The notes below the pieces were generated by a model that was not told the origin of the DNA, made no database searches, and saw only the letters and a list, made by a program, of their open reading frames with translations. A stretch of 64,000 bases of DNA from contig CM068743.1 of the NCBI GenBank assembly GCA_035084275.1, positions 20,460,001-20,524,000 on the forward strand, in the 5' to 3' direction. Both the position numbers and the translations under genes were made by a program. How positions within the stretch are numbered: position 1 is the stretch's first letter; each line of letters starts with the position of its first letter. The DNA is from Hydrolagus colliei. Its lineage: Eukaryota. Of the stretch, positions 60,901 to 64,000 are shown piece by piece.

Positions 60901-62227
60901 TGCCAATTTCAGACACAGCACAAAGCATTGTGCTTTCTAGGCAATGACTATCTGTTCATATAACAATACCATTCTGTGAACAGCGAATTGGATACTAATT
61001 TCTTATCAATATTATTTCTCTTCCCACCTTGCAAAGGCTCCTTCCCACCATATGCTTCATTTGGTAGCTAGTCTGAAAGCTGCCCAGATAACCCGTTGAG
61101 AGAGATGATATCTAATCACAACAGCCCTGCTCTGACCTTCCGGTTGGGATTCATACACTTAATCATTGGACTATTTGCCTGCTAGACTAAATCCTTTTAG
61201 TTTGTGCTTACAAGCTGGTACTGTCATCTAATCGGAAACCTGGTTAAATAGATCATTCCTTTCCAACGAATGATGAAAGGCTTACCTGGCACAACTTAGT
61301 TCCCAATATACAATTGGGGGGATGAGGTCTGTGCATTCGATTGGGTGGAATAAAGGGTTGTCTATCACAAAATCAACCTCAAATTGCTTCATCTACACGA
61401 ACGAATGATACAGAAGCAAATTGGTATTTGACAGCAATTCACTTTTATCGGTGATTTGCTGATGGCTTCAAGGGTGTACTCAGCTGTGCTGTGAAACAAA
61501 ACCACTGTTGTAATTCACTTCCATGTCAGAATGGGTGATTTTTAAAAAATATTACAATACTACCCTCGTGCCCAGAAATTAGTTTCGTAATGTTTTAGCG
61601 TTGAGGCAGTTAAGGAAACAGAAATGTACATCAATGATCAATGGAGTCCAGTCCTCCTGTCACAAGACGTTTAATCTCAGCCTTTACACTGACTGAACTT
61701 CTTATAATTAAACTTTATGTAACATTTCGGTTCAGCTGAAGGAAGCAGTTCCTCTTGAGAATTGTAATCCTTTTAACAAAGTGTGCCTCCACTTTCCGAT
61801 TAGGTTCACAACTGAAGCAGCAGGTAATTTAGCGCTTCCTTTAGATCAGATAGTCTTTGAATCTGTTTTTGGATTGCTGTCAAGAAACCAGCAATTTCAA
61901 GTGAAATTGACTGTTTATTGTAATCAAACTGAGGACAATGCTTCCTCATACTGTCTGTTATCAATGCTCCATTGGCCAGCTCCTAATGCAGTGAAACTCC
62001 TGACATTTTATTGTGACCAACTACGATTTGTTGTGATTATTTCTACTCTATTAAGATTGCATGGAAAGCAAATCTGCCTTAGGCTTTGCTCAATGGGAGA
62101 GTTTGACAAATACAGTAGCCGTTTTTTTCTCTGTGAAAGACTAAAATGGCTTCCAGTTTGTCTGCTGGAGCTTGCTTTTTAAAGCCAAAGATGGCTTAGC
62201 ACTGAGATTAATTTTCACCATTAGATG

Positions 62228-63260
62228 ACAACAACCATAACAAAATTGTAATTGTGCCTTTTATGTCGGGAGGACATCCAACGTTTTTGACAAACAAAAG
62301 AGGAGGGCCCAGAGGTGGGTCTTGAAGAAAGCAAGGTGATGGGGCGAGGCGGAGGGATTGCTGGATGGAATTCCAGAGGGTGAGAGCACAATGGCTGAAA
62401 GCCCACCCATTAATGGTGGGGCAGGCGAGGTGGAGGATATGAAGCAAGCTGGGGCCCGCCAAGCAGAGGGAGTGGGCAGGTTAGTAGGAGGTTAGAAGAT
62501 TGCAGAGGTAGGGGGAGCAAGGCCATGGAGGCTTTGAATGTGAGGACCAGAATCTTGAACTGTATCCTCTGTGTGATGGGAAGTCAGTGTAGTTGGGTTA
62601 AAGTGGGGTGATATGGTCACAGAGATGGGTGCAGGAGAGGACACGGGCTGCAGAGTATTAGATGATCTGAGGAATTGGGGAAGCCGACAAGCAAGGAGTT
62701 TGCATTGGCAAGCCTGAATGTCATGAATGCATCTATGAGAGTTTTGACGGCCTGTGGTGTGAGACACTCGCAGAGCCGGGCAATGTTGCGGAGGTGGGGG
62801 AAGGCAGAGCAAGTCATTATAATAATAATCATCATCATCCTTGCGTTTGATATAGCTCTTTTCACATCTTTTAGACATCTCAAAGTGCTTCACAGAACAT
62901 AGTATACAACGAATTGACTGTATATTTGTGAGTGAAACGCGGCAGCCAATTGCGCCCAGTGGAAACAGTCGTGGATTGAAATGACCAATTTTATTATTGT
63001 GTTTCTTTTAAGGGATTATTATTAGGGATGTGGAGTAAGGAAACTTGCCCAAGGTTTCGCCCTGATCTTCCATGGCACGGATGTGCGGTAGAATGGATAG
63101 ATGATAGTCTAACAAGATGCTAAGGTTCCGGACTGGCTTAGTGAGATGGAGTGTACATCCATGGGTGGTGAGGCTGTCAATGTCTTTGGTGTGGAGGCGC
63201 TGACGGGAGCCTCAGTCTTGTTGATGTACAACTGAAGACAGTTAGCTGTCATCCCCGACA
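62228..63260 (-). mobile_element. L2 3' fragment interrupted by a SINE (62816-63068)
   Basis: Tail and stem-loop at 62228-62282; HLRNIARL..KTLIDAFMTFRL..NSLLVG; L2-like sequence resumes near 63070. Confidence 0.85.
62816..63068 (-). mobile_element. 5'-truncated tRNA-Ala-like SINE
   Basis: 'catccttgcgtttgatatagc..gaaacgcggcagccaattgcgc..ggaaacttgcccaaggtttcgccctg'. Confidence 0.9.
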
Positions 63261-63414
63261 TTGACATAGGAACAGAAGGAATGCCATTCAGCTCTTTGAA
63301 CCTATTCTGCTATTCTGTTGGGTCATGGCTGATACCCTGAACTAACAAAATTTTTATTGGATCTAGCATTCAAAGCCTTATGTTGAGGTAATATTTCTGT
63401 TACCCTGATTAACA

Positions 63415-63895
63415 TTAATAATAATTAACCTGTATTTGATATAATGCATAATTAAGAAATTGAGAAGCTCGAAAGTGATTCACAGGAATTCTCTTAAAGT
63501 GTTGCTTCTCTATACTGTTTAGGTGAACGCAGCAGCCAATGTGTCAACGCAATGTCTCACAAACGCCACAGAGGGAATGACCAATTTTATCCCAGAGATT
63601 TTTGGGCAAGTCATGAAAATCGCTCTCTTTTTGAGTAGTGACATGGGATGCTTGATGTTTACCATAACAGGCAGACAGGCCCTTGATTTAATGTTTCATC
63701 TGAAAGACAGTAGCGCTGGCCACATAATGCTAACTCTGCATTGAATTAGTATTAGCCTATAGAGAACAAACAAAATTACATTTGTAGAGTGCCTTTCACG
63801 TCGGGAGGATGTTGCTAGTGTCTATGAGTTTCAAGGCCTGATGTGGAGCTTGAACCCACAACCTGTGACTGAGGTAAGAGTGCTACCACTAGGCT
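63415..63895 (-). mobile_element. Deu-domain SINE with an L2 tail inserted (about 63765-63815)
   Basis: 'gaacgcagcagccaat..catgggatg..tttaatgtttcatctgaaagac..cttgaacccacaacc'. Confidence 0.75.
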
Positions 63896-64000
63896 GATAT
63901 CTGGATTAGGATATGGATGGTGAAACTCTTCATAGTTTTCTAAATTTTTGCACCAATGGTCATTGTGTTTTAAAAGATGAGGAAATGCTGGTATTAAAAC

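Overview
Vertebrate, repeat-dense intronic or intergenic DNA. It is almost certainly from a cartilaginous fish; the repeat complement suggests a holocephalan such as the elephant shark (inference). I found no intact cellular gene, rRNA, true tRNA or CRISPR array. Much of the window is retroelement debris: CR1 and L2 LINE fragments, a tRNA-Ala-like SINE, Deu-domain SINEs, an older SINE family and Penelope-type terminal repeats. It also holds several non-autonomous DNA transposons: three copies of a hAT MITE with 8-bp TSDs, five copies of a Tigger/pogo MITE with TA TSDs, a second Tigger-type MITE and a small palindromic MITE. The long Pro/Ser- and Gly/Arg-rich ORFs in the ORF track are artefacts of CT-rich minisatellites inside these MITEs. 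Several signals are invisible to the ORF track: a decayed SLC35A4 pseudogene (about 25325-25941) split by an L2 tail; a JRK/TIGD2-like transposase N-terminus kept in the Tigger MITEs; a probable Harbinger transposase fossil; hammerhead-ribozyme-like motifs in the Penelope repeats; a covarying 3' stem-loop shared by L2 and SINE tails; a triple-octamer (POU) enhancer candidate; and candidate + strand microexons of an unidentified host gene. I do not see a demonstrably new biological system, so these are leads to test. Boundaries of old repeats are approximate, and family and protein assignments come from recalled sequence motifs, not database searches.
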